IMG/VR virus record: IMGVR_UViG_3300028571_000887
Strand: one strand, 5' to 3'
DNA: 64,000 nt
From: an uncultured virus (IMG/VR IMGVR_UViG_3300028571_000887)
Taxonomy: Duplodnaviria > Heunggongvirae > Uroviricota > Caudoviricetes
This document shows positions 17,872 to 27,900 of this stretch, piece by piece. Below the pieces are notes generated by a model. That model did not search any database. It had not been told where the DNA came from and saw only the letters and a list, made by a program, of their open reading frames with translations. The position numbers and the translations under genes are program-made. Every line of letters begins with the position of its first letter. Within the stretch, counting starts at the first letter, position 1.

Positions 17872-18741
17872 ATGGAGATTCTTAGACTACCAGAAACAAC
17901 TAGTATTGAGGCGGCATTTACAATGCAAAGCGCTTCTACTTTGTATGTTTTAAATTATAAAGATCTTTTTACCGGAGAATCATATTCTGCATCTGCTACT
18001 TCAAACTCTTCAAAAATAGCTACCTTTACCCTAGATTCCAGGTATCTAACTTATTCTGGAAATATTTTTGCAAATGTTTATGATGCTTCACAAAACTTAA
18101 AAGTTTCAATGGGTGTTGACATTGTAAAACCATATTGTGATATTACCGCAACAAAGAATAGCCTTGCAATAACAACAGGACAGGCAATAGAAGCGGAAAG
18201 GGTAGCAAGAAAGATAATTGAATCAGAAGCTGGACAATTTCAATTCGTTAGAAAAGAAAAAGAGTTTATTGGAATGGGAATTGATTATCTTCCAATTGAT
18301 GAGCAAATAGTTAGACTTTATTACATGTGGGAAAACAATGAATTGATTTATGATTTTGAAGATGATACCCTTGACCAGTACGGCCCCAGCATAGATAAGA
18401 CCTCTATTGTTCTAACTGGACAAGATCAAAACAAAGTTGAATACGCAAAGGTATGGAGAGACAGAAATTATGAAGTAGCGTTCTCTGCTGGACACGATTA
18501 TTTGATTGATGCAGACTTTGGGCATCAGGTAGTTCCAGGGGACATTGAAGATGCGTGCCAACTACTAATTCAAGATTTAATTAATGACAACCTAAGGTAT
18601 TACAGTAGAAACATTACAGAGTTTGACAATAACGAATTTAAGATTAAATTTTCCCAAGGAGCCTCATCCGGTACAGGAAACTTAATTGTTGACAAGATGC
18701 TTTCTAGGTATAAGAATAGAATTCGACCAGGAGTGATCTAA
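17872..18741 (+). CDS. Head-tail adaptor/connector
   Basis: Position after MCP; VPGDIEDACQLL and TGNLIVDKMLSRY adaptor-like motifs. Confidence 0.65.
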   Translation: MEILRLPETTSIEAAFTMQSASTLYVLNYKDLFTGESYSASATSNSSKIATFTLDSRYLTYSGNIFANVYDASQNLKVSMGVDIVKPYCDITATKNSLAITTGQAIEAERVARKIIESEAGQFQFVRKEKEFIGMGIDYLPIDEQIVRLYYMWENNELIYDFEDDTLDQYGPSIDKTSIVLTGQDQNKVEYAKVWRDRNYEVAFSAGHDYLIDADFGHQVVPGDIEDACQLLIQDLINDNLRYYSRNITEFDNNEFKIKFSQGASSGTGNLIVDKMLSRYKNRIRPGVI

Positions 18742-19187
18742 TGTTGTCCTTAGGCAACCTGTCTGCAATCATGTATCCAATGTCTGCCGATATTTATTAT
18801 TCAACAGAAACACAAAACGATATTGGAGAAATTGTTAGCTCTTGGTCAAAAGATAGATCTATAAAGTGTTCAGCCATTAAAGAAAAACCAACATCAACAA
18901 TAGCAAATGTTGTAGATTCTCAAAAATTTATAGAATACAACACCCTTCTGGACTTTAGAACTGATATAGATATTTTAATTGATTCCGAAGGGATTATGCA
19001 CTATTTTACTGAGATAGTGATCTCCAACATAACAGACCCTTTAGGAAAAGTTGTCTGGGCAGAAACAGCCTCAGACCCAACAGACTTTGAACCACAAAAT
19101 ATAGAGCCCATGTATGATCCACTTCACAATTTTTTGGGGTATAGAATAAGACTAAAAAGAGCAGATGATCAATCATGTATTCAGTAA
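18741..19187 (+). CDS. Head closure/stopper protein (putative)
   Basis: Synteny; QNDIGEIVSSW motif; 148 aa. Confidence 0.55.
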   Translation: MLSLGNLSAIMYPMSADIYYSTETQNDIGEIVSSWSKDRSIKCSAIKEKPTSTIANVVDSQKFIEYNTLLDFRTDIDILIDSEGIMHYFTEIVISNITDPLGKVVWAETASDPTDFEPQNIEPMYDPLHNFLGYRIRLKRADDQSCIQ

Positions 19188-19864
19188 CATTTGACGGTAA
19201 AGAGGCAATGAGGGTTTTAAATAATCTTGTTAAATACTCTGATGGCTTTATTAAAGAAACAAAAGCAAAAGAAGGATATGTTGCTGGTAGAATTGCAGGA
19301 GCAAGCATTGAGGGTTTTTATGATTTCCTGGACATGATGGCCAGAACAAATCCAGAAATGCTACATCATATATACGAATGGCACGAAATAGGGGTTCCAG
19401 AGGCAAGGCTCGTAGAGCTAAGAAAGATTACCTCAGGTAAAAAAGTTTTAATTTCTTCAGAATTTCTTATGTCTTTTAGTGTCCAAAATGGGGCCGAAGA
19501 ACCATTTGATCAGAAAGCTTATATTATGGAAAATCAAATTGAAGTTGAGCCTATGGCAAAATATGCAAAGGCTATGCATTTCTTTTGGAATGGTGAAGAA
19601 TATTTTAGGGCTGGACCGTTGGTGGTTGAAAACCCAGGAGGAGAAGAAACATATCAGGGATTCTTAAAAGTATTTCAAGACTTCTACAGAACATACCTAG
19701 ACAATGTTTATTTAAGATCTATTGGATTCTATGATCATTTTTCTCGCCCAGGATCTTATTATAAAAATTTTGATTCAGCAGTAAAACAAGGCGGTGCAAG
19801 TTCAAAGGGTAGGAAAACAGCACTATCTTGGGTTCTTTCTGCTCCAGGAGAAGATTATGAGTAG
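19175..19864 (+). CDS. Neck/tail-completion protein (putative)
   Basis: Synteny between stopper and tail terminator; 229 aa. Confidence 0.5.
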   Translation: MYSVTFDGKEAMRVLNNLVKYSDGFIKETKAKEGYVAGRIAGASIEGFYDFLDMMARTNPEMLHHIYEWHEIGVPEARLVELRKITSGKKVLISSEFLMSFSVQNGAEEPFDQKAYIMENQIEVEPMAKYAKAMHFFWNGEEYFRAGPLVVENPGGEETYQGFLKVFQDFYRTYLDNVYLRSIGFYDHFSRPGSYYKNFDSAVKQGGASSKGRKTALSWVLSAPGEDYE

Positions 19865-20363
19865 TTATCCAGAGGTGGCAATCAATGAGTATGTTTGGGA
19901 GCAGTTTCATGTAACTCCTAGCATGAGTGCAACGTACTCTTCATATTCAGGAACAGTTCCAATATTCCCAGTGTCAGATAACGTATCTGGAACAACAAAA
20001 TGGGAGGGAAAAACATATATAATATATGACTCTTTTATTAAACCCAGGTCGTCAAACAAATATTTCTATCCTATAAAAGCAGGACAGATGATGTATTCAA
20101 TTAAAGGAACATTAGAGAATATATATAAATGGAGAGACTTTATATCAAATGTATTGGACAGAGAAGACATTGCGGCAAGAGATATCAATACTTATGCTGG
20201 AGAAAACATAAACAATTTTGATTTAGGTTTTCATTGTATAAACGTAACCCAGGCTAATTATATTGGAAATACTACGGAATCTTCGGGGACCAAGAAAACA
20301 TACTCAACCAATTTGATTATCCGATACGACTATCATATTACCGATATATATAATAACTCCTAA
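19857..20363 (+). CDS. Tail terminator protein (putative)
   Basis: Immediately upstream of the major tail gene; AGGAG RBS before ATG 19857. Confidence 0.5.
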   Translation: MSSYPEVAINEYVWEQFHVTPSMSATYSSYSGTVPIFPVSDNVSGTTKWEGKTYIIYDSFIKPRSSNKYFYPIKAGQMMYSIKGTLENIYKWRDFISNVLDREDIAARDINTYAGENINNFDLGFHCINVTQANYIGNTTESSGTKKTYSTNLIIRYDYHITDIYNNS

Positions 20364-20461
20364 ATAATAGACTTATAATGAGTATGAGGAAACGCCCCAC
20401 GCCACAAAATAGAATAAAAATAAAATATAGCAAGTTAATAGAATAAGGGGTGAAATAAATT

Positions 20462-21145
20462 ATGGCAAGTCTTGGCGATTCAAAGAATATTATTGTAGGC
20501 GCTGCTCAGATGTTTGTTGGTGATAATGCTCTGGAATATGTTTCCGGTAGCGGTTCCGCATCAATTTACGCATTTGGGGGAACTGGCGCAAGCGACATTC
20601 CAGCATTTGTTGATGGAACAACCTATGCAAACACACTGGCAGGAGCTTCAGCTTCAACTTACTGGACTAACGTTGGCTTTACTTCAAATGGTTTGGAAAT
20701 TCAATTCCAACCAGATTTTGGTGAGGTTCAGGTAGATCAGCTTCTTGACGTGGCTCGTATGTACAAGCAGGGTATGAAGGTTAACCTTGTTACTGCTTTT
20801 GCAGAGGGCACTCTAGAAAACTTTGTTGTTGCAGTTGCAGCAAACTCAGCAGATCAAAGCTTTGACGATGCAGACGAAAAGAGCGTTTATCTTATGTCTG
20901 GCAACATTGGAGAGGTTCCAGTTGAGCGTGCACTTATTGCAGTTGGTCCAGGTTCTGGAGATCCAGCAGCAGTTGGTGCGACAGCAAAGGAGCGCGTTTA
21001 CGTTGCACACAGAGCACTTTCAATTGAGAGCGTTTCTGTATCAGCAAAGCGTGATGCAGCAACTATGTTTGAGGTTACATTCCGTTTGCTACCAGCAGCT
21101 AATGGTTCATATGGAAAGATTGTTGACCGTGTTGTAGGGTCTTAA
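20462..21145 (+). CDS. Major tail (tube) protein
   Basis: NIIVGAAQMF, VGFTSNGLEI, VQVDQLLD, FEVTFRLLP; followed by terminator, chaperones and TMP. Confidence 0.85.
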   Translation: MASLGDSKNIIVGAAQMFVGDNALEYVSGSGSASIYAFGGTGASDIPAFVDGTTYANTLAGASASTYWTNVGFTSNGLEIQFQPDFGEVQVDQLLDVARMYKQGMKVNLVTAFAEGTLENFVVAVAANSADQSFDDADEKSVYLMSGNIGEVPVERALIAVGPGSGDPAAVGATAKERVYVAHRALSIESVSVSAKRDAATMFEVTFRLLPAANGSYGKIVDRVVGS

Positions 21146-21173
21146 TAATATCCAACAATAGTTAAACAAAAGC

Positions 21174-21217
21174 ACTTAGTCCCCGTCTTGCCAATAGGTA
21201 GGCGGGGCTAAGTCTTT
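21174..21217 (+). terminator. Hairpin/terminator after major tail gene
   Basis: acttagtccccgtcttgcc-aata-ggtaggcggggctaagt, then cttt. Confidence 0.7.
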
Positions 21218-21267
21218 GTCCTATGATATAATTTATATAGGTTTACCAACAAAAAAGGAGTATTAAA

Positions 21268-21603
21268 TTGGCTACAGCAGTATACGAAGTGGTAGAAGTA
21301 GAACTTATGGATGGTTCAAAGATTTCAATGAGACCATTAAAGATCTCTCTTCTAAGAGACTTCATGAAAGAATTTCAAAAAATCGGGAATGAAGACATTG
21401 CAGAAGATAATATCAAATCAATGGATCTTCTTCTAGATTGTGCAGTAATTGCAATGAAGCAATATAATCCAGAATTTGCCACAAAAGAACAAATGGAAGA
21501 CGTTGTAGATCTTCCAACAGTTTATAAAATAATTGAGGTAGCGGCAGGAATTAAGTTGAACGACCCAAACGCACTGGCGGCGGCTCTAGCTGGAGTGAAC
21601 TAG
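21268..21603 (+). CDS. Tail assembly chaperone (gpG-like)
   Basis: Between major tail gene and TMP; AAGGAG RBS; slippery site near the 3' end. Confidence 0.85.
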   Translation: MATAVYEVVEVELMDGSKISMRPLKISLLRDFMKEFQKIGNEDIAEDNIKSMDLLLDCAVIAMKQYNPEFATKEQMEDVVDLPTVYKIIEVAAGIKLNDPNALAAALAGVN

Positions 21604-21935
21604 ATCTCGTCGAATTAGAATCAAAGGTATTCCTTGTTGGAAAATGGAAGGATTATCAAGAAATGGAGGAACACTTATCAATGCCAGAGCTCATAGCAAT
21701 ACTTACCGCTAAACAAGAAGAAGATTATCAAAATAAGAAATTTTTTGCAGCATTGAAAGGTGTTGATCTTGATAATAGTGCGGGTGCTGGTAAAGAAAAG
21801 TGGGAAGAAATAAAGGCAAGGGCTCTTAGTCGTGGGAGCACGTCAGATCCAAACGACATAGTATCACTCCAAGGAAGGGGCGCTACCCAAGCTGGTTTTG
21901 GAATTGGAAACGGTTTGGATTACGAGATGATGTAA
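21268..21935 (+). CDS. Frameshifted tail assembly chaperone (gpGT-like); includes ORF 21663-21935
   Basis: The -1 frame continues RTGGGSSWSELDLVELESKVFLVGKWKDYQEMEEHL... Confidence 0.8.
21564..21570 (+). promoter_or_regulatory. -1 programmed ribosomal frameshift heptamer C CCA AAC
   Basis: X XXY YYZ in the chaperone frame; the -1 frame is open from 21555 to TAA 21935. Confidence 0.85.
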
Positions 21936-21936
21936 A

Positions 21937-24900
21937 GTGACTGAAACTAGAGCAGTAATCAATGTAGATATTAATACCGCAGGGGCAGCGGCAGAGTTAA
22001 GAAGATTACAATCACAACTAAATGCATTTCAATCTACCCTTTCTTCTTCAAATAGAGTTCAGTCACAAGCAGCAAAAAATCTTAGTCTTCAACTAAGAGA
22101 AGCAGTAAATGCTACACAAATGTTTTCAGCAGAAACTGTTCGAATGCGAACATCTGCCGGTAGACTTGATGATGCCCTTTCAAAAGGGAAAGGATCAATA
22201 TCTCAATATTTTAATAGCTTTAGAAAAGGAAGCACAGAAGCCGCACAAGTAATGTCTCTTGCTCACGCAAGAGCTTCTGCGTTGCAAACACAATTTGTTG
22301 CAACTGGAGCCGCTGCTGGTGGGTATAGGGAAGCCCTGGCAATTAGACCACTGAGCGCTTTCAATGCTACGGCTACAGTCTCTGCTGAGAAGCTTGGAAT
22401 TCAACGAGCAATGCTTACACAAGCATCGACTCAGATGATTAACTTTGGTAAGAATACCCAGTGGGCTGGTCGTCAGCTTATGGTTGGCTTTACCGTTCCA
22501 TTAACTATTTTTGGAACCATTGCTGGTAAAACTTATATGGAACTTGAAAAACAAGCAATATCTTTTAAAAAAGTATATGGAGATTCTTTTACAACCCCAC
22601 AAGAACTTCAAGAGAATTTAGATGCAGTAAAAGTTCTTTCGGAAGAATATACAAAGTTTGGTATTGCAGCATCAAAGACAATGGAACTTGCTGCTCAGGC
22701 CGCTGCCATGGGCGCTCAGGGAGCAACCCTAACAGACGCAATTACAGAGTCTACAAAGCTAGCAACGCTAGGGCAAATGGAACAAACAGAAGCACTAGAA
22801 ACTACAATTGCATTACAAAATGCCTTTGGGTTATCTGGAGAAAAATTAGCAAAGTCTGTTAACTTTTTAAATATGGTTGAAAACCAAACTGTTTTAACTC
22901 TTCAAGATTTAGCGGAAGCAATTCCACGAGTATCCCCGGTTATCAAGGGTCTTGGCGGTACCGTTGAAGACATGGCAGCAATGCTAGCGGCCATGAAGGA
23001 AGGTGGTGTCAGTGCCGCACAGGGGGCAAACGCACTTAAGTCAGGCCTTGCGTCTTTGATCAACCCAACAGGCAAAGCAGTTGAACGCCTAAAAGAAATG
23101 GGTATTAATTTAGAAACAATCATTAGAGTAAATAGGGGAGATCTTTTAGGAACTGTTCAAGCTTTTGGAAAAGCTCTTTCAACTTTAGATGAATTCGGTA
23201 GACAACAAGCGCTTGAAAAAGTTTTTGGTAAGTATCAATATGCAAGACTAGGGGCACTATTTAATAACATTGTAAAAGATGGAACCCAGGCCTCTAGAGT
23301 TCTTGATATGGCATCTATGTCTGCAAAAGAATTAAATGATGTTGCAGAAAAAGAATTAAAAGTTATTTCAGATTCTCCAGCAACTAGAATGACAGCGGCA
23401 ATAGAAAAATTAAAACTAAGTATTGCCCCCCTTGGAGAAATGTTTATTAAGTTTGCAATTCCTGTTGTTGAATTATTTACAAGAATATTGAAAATATTTG
23501 ATGGCTTGCCAGATGGTGTCAAAAAAATTGGTGCCATTGGTGCCATCATTGTTGGTGTTGTTATTCCGGCTGGAACAATGTTCCTTGGTTTGCTCCTAAA
23601 CTTAATGGGAACCTTAGTAAAGTTTGGTCACATTGTTGGCGTTACGTTTAAAGGCCTTCTTACTGGGGGGCTTTCTGGAGCAATCAAAGCAGTTTCTCAA
23701 TCTTTAAAATATATGAGCCTTGCTGAAATAGATGCAGCAGGAGCGTCAATGCAACTTGGAGAGTCAACTCTTTTTGTAAACGCAGCGCTGAAAGGTCAAA
23801 TATCAGCTTCCGATGGCGCCAACGTTGCAATTGTAAGGTTGGCAGAATCTTATGCTGTTCTTCGTGCTCAAATGCAAATGACTGCTGGAGCTAGCCCCAC
23901 TATGTTTGGGATTGGCAATTCAGCAGCCGTGGCCGCTTCAAATGCACCGTCTAGGGCTGTTCCTCGTAGGTTAAGAAGGAACTCTGGTGGGTCTATTCCA
24001 TATCTTTCAAATGGCAACACGGTTCCTGGATCTGGCAACACCGACACAGTTCCAGCCATGCTAACTCCAGGGGAATTTGTAATAAATAAAAAAGCAACAG
24101 AAAAAAATCTGCCACTTCTTTATGCAATAAACGATGGAAACACTCCTCCAGGATTTAATAGGGGTGGACAAATTCCCGGTGTTCAATATGCTGGAGTTGG
24201 AAATCTTATAGGAAGAATATTTGGCAGTAAACCGAAACCTCCGAAACCTCTTTCAGCCTACGATACCCCTCCAACCGAAGAAGAGACAGCGAGGATTTTG
24301 GCAAATTGGCCGCAACGTCCAGTAAGGCCAATGGCTTATCAGTCACAAGCAGTTGCCACCGCCGGTAAATCAAAGGGAATCTATGGAGACCTTACTGAAA
24401 AATATTTGCCAGGAACAAATTCTAAGGTGGATACTCTAAGGTTTATGGTTGACAAACTAGGCTTCTCTCCTGCGGCTTTAGGACTACAGTCTCACGGCAA
24501 CTTTGTCCTTGGATTTTCTAAATCAACAAACTTAGCAATGGCTGGTAAAAATCCAACTCTTACAAGAGAAAGATTATTAGCAGAACTTGTAGATTCAAAT
24601 GGTCAAGTTAGAAGGGGTGTCTATTCACCACTAGAACAACAAATGTCTTCGTATTTTAGGAATGGACAGGCATTTGATCATGACCTTTTTGATAATATTT
24701 TTCGGGGGCAAGTAGCATTATCTAAAGAACCAATTTCAAATAAAAGATTTGAAAAAATATCAAGAAATGCTTTAAGGGAATATTTAAGAGCAAGAGACTA
24801 TTCAGGTCCAGATTCAAGGTCATTTATTAAAGATATTTTATCTAAAGATACCGTTAGAGGAAATGCTTCCAAGACCGCTATTCTTTCTTCTTTAACCGCT

Positions 24901-27900
24901 AGAGGTATTCCTTACGAAACAAATGGAAAAGATGTTATTGCAACAATAGATGGTGTTCGCTATAACTTTGGAAGCGTTGCTGGCCGTGAGATGGGAAGTC
25001 TTGGAAGACCAGAAGGAATAAGACCGTATGGAGACCTTGAAATGAGCCCAGGGGATGAAAGAGTTCATGCAAACAAGGGTGGGATGATTCCTGGAGTACA
25101 ATACTTTGGCTGGAATCCAGTTGCTGGAATTTTAAATAAACAAAGAGTTGTACAGCCAATACCTCTTAAAGTTTCAGAATCAGGCTTAAAACTTTTAACA
25201 AACCAGGGTATTCTTGGTGGAATAAGAACGCGATCAACAAAAACTGGATCTAAAGCCGCGCCAAAGGTCAGAGCAGAGGCTGGAGCGCCAAGCGCTGTTA
25301 TTGAAATTAAAAAACAGCTTTTCCCAGAAAAAGTTGGATCGTTTGGCATAGATAATTTGTTAGAACAAGTCGCAACTATTGCGGATCTTACTGATGCAGA
25401 AGAAAGAGTTTTAAAATCAAGTAAAGCAAGAACCATTGCAGCGGCACACATTGAAAAAGAAACAAAGATGGGGGGAGAGGGAATTGAAGAAAAAGTATGG
25501 AAAGATAAAAATATCAGGTTTACATCTTCTTTGGAAAATGATGCATTAAATGATATATTTGGAAGTTGGAAACGTTCTGAAAAAGGAAGACCAGGCATTG
25601 GCTCTGCTGCTCTTCTTGATAGAACTGCTCCAATTGATGCAGATAGTTTATTAGTTGCAGACATTCTTAAAGGCAAACATCCATCATCTCCACAAGAATA
25701 TAAGGTTTTAAATTCTTGGATGCAAAACATTGAGAGGTCTGACGAATTCAAGGAACTGTCGCCGTCAAATCGTGCAAAAATTAAACTGCTTTTAGCTTTT
25801 TCAGATATCCGCCTTGGAAAAAAACAAATTTTAGGACTTAAAGATCCACATGGGGTCTTTACTGGAAATGTTCAAACACTTGAAGATATTATAGAACAAT
25901 CTGGAATTTCCAAAAACAAGGGGGGAATGATTCCAGGAGTCCCTGGGCTTAGTAAAGGCGCATTGTTCCTTGGTATGCCACATTCTTTTAAATCTTTAAC
26001 AAGAAGCAATGAAATAAAAGAAACACTTGCAAGAACAAATATTTCAGCACAATCTGGTAGATCTTTAGATTTTCCATTAATGCAAACAGGAAGTATGGTA
26101 AGCGGGCTTGGAGGGCGTAGTTCAAATATTCCCGGAATTAATGGAATATATGATATGTCAGATGGAAGACATGTTATAAAAGTTCACGATACCCTTGAGT
26201 CTGCATTAGCTGAAGCAAGAAGCTCCTCTCTTATGAGGAACGTCTTTGGCCTTGAATCTCCACAACAAGAGGTAATTAGAGTTCCACATCCAGACACGGC
26301 AGATCTTGTTTTTGCAGTTAGATCTAAATATGATGAAGCTTTTGCACAAACAACCGGGTCATTTGAAAAAGAAAGTTTTTCAAAACAATTAATTGCTTCT
26401 TTAATTAGAAGAGATTCAGATCTTAGTGCAGAGAATGTCTATGGAAATAAAGTTGCCGACGTTGGTGCAGCAATTTTTGGAATGGATGGTTCCGGCAAAC
26501 CAAGGGCTAGTATGCCAAGAATCATTGGGGAAGATCCAATATCCGTATTAGAACAGTTAGATATAAATATGTTGATGAAATCAGGGGGCGGGGCAAAGAA
26601 ACATTTTGCAGAATCAACTGCTGACATAGCAAGGTCGATGACAGAAAGTGAATATGTCAGTAGCATGAAAGCGACAATTTCTAGAGCTAGACTTAATGCT
26701 GAAGAAGCGGGAAGCTATCTTCCAGGAATTAGTCAATTAGAAAAAGCTAGATATCTTAAAACTCTTAATAATGATTTTGATAATTTAGATACCGTTGACT
26801 GGGCAGAAGTCTATAAACATCACATTGGCATTTATCCTGCAACAAAAAGACCACCAACGCCTGCATCTCTAAAGAAAAAAGAAGAAGAAAGAGTTTTGCG
26901 TGCCCGCCAAGCTGGTCACAATTCGCCAATGATAAATGGAATGTCCTTTGTAAATGGTGGTGGAATGATTCCTGGAATCCAACAATTAATGGCTGGAGCA
27001 AGAGTAAAATCAAAAGCTCCAATAAAAGCAAAAGCTCCAACAAAATTACCAATTGAGCCACCGTCAGAATTAACACACAGCTGGGAAGCAAGTGGCAGTA
27101 ATCCAGATTTGGATTTTAGTCCCGCTGTTGCTTATTTTCTACGAAAACACGTAAAGCAAACTAAACCAAGTAGTGCAGAAATTAAATTTTTACAAAAACG
27201 TGGTATTGATACAAACGCAATGGAAATGGAAAGCCTAGCTGAGAATTGGAATCCAAAAAAAGGAACAGCAAGAGATATTTTAGATACAGCATATGAACTG
27301 AATATGGAAGAAGGAATTCCTCTTATTGCCGGGGCTTTAAAAAGAGGTGCAACAGATGAGGAGCTGGTCGCATCTATTCTTGCTTCTCAATCATGGCATA
27401 CTTATCCACAAGAAGAATTAAGCAAAGTAATTAGCAGGCTTTCTTCAAGTCAATTAAATGATTTAGCCAACGGACTTACAAGGTTGCCAGAAAATCATCA
27501 GTTAAGGTCTTTGATTTCTGGAGTGCTTCCTGAAGTTAAAGCATTAATGAAAGAAGCTAGTACAGCATACAGGGATCCAGACTTAGAAAGAGCATTTTTT
27601 GCGTTGTCATCAATGAAGAATCAAGGCGGAATGATTCCTGGAATCCAACAATTAATGGCTGGAGCAAAGGTACTTCCTTTTTTAGGTAAACTAGAAAAAA
27701 TTAAACAGGCAGATAATAGAATGGCCTATGTAAAAGAACAAGGGCTAGACGATATATTACAAATGGGATTTAATGATACAAAAACATCTTCTCCTAGTTC
27801 ATTTTTAAGTGAGATGTTTGCAAGATGGGAAAGAATTCCTTCAAGACCTTCATTAAAAGAAGACAAGAGAATTGCTAGAAAGACTGGTAAGCTAAAATAC

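Noticed and set aside
20427..20448. atagcaagttaa..aataagg resembles the SpCas9 tracrRNA
   Set aside because: Only a 12-nt exact match in AT-rich DNA; no downstream tracr hairpins and no cas9.
21601..21618. Stop-codon readthrough of the chaperone TAG
   Set aside because: The same frame hits another TAG five codons later; the -1 frameshift explains the downstream ORF.
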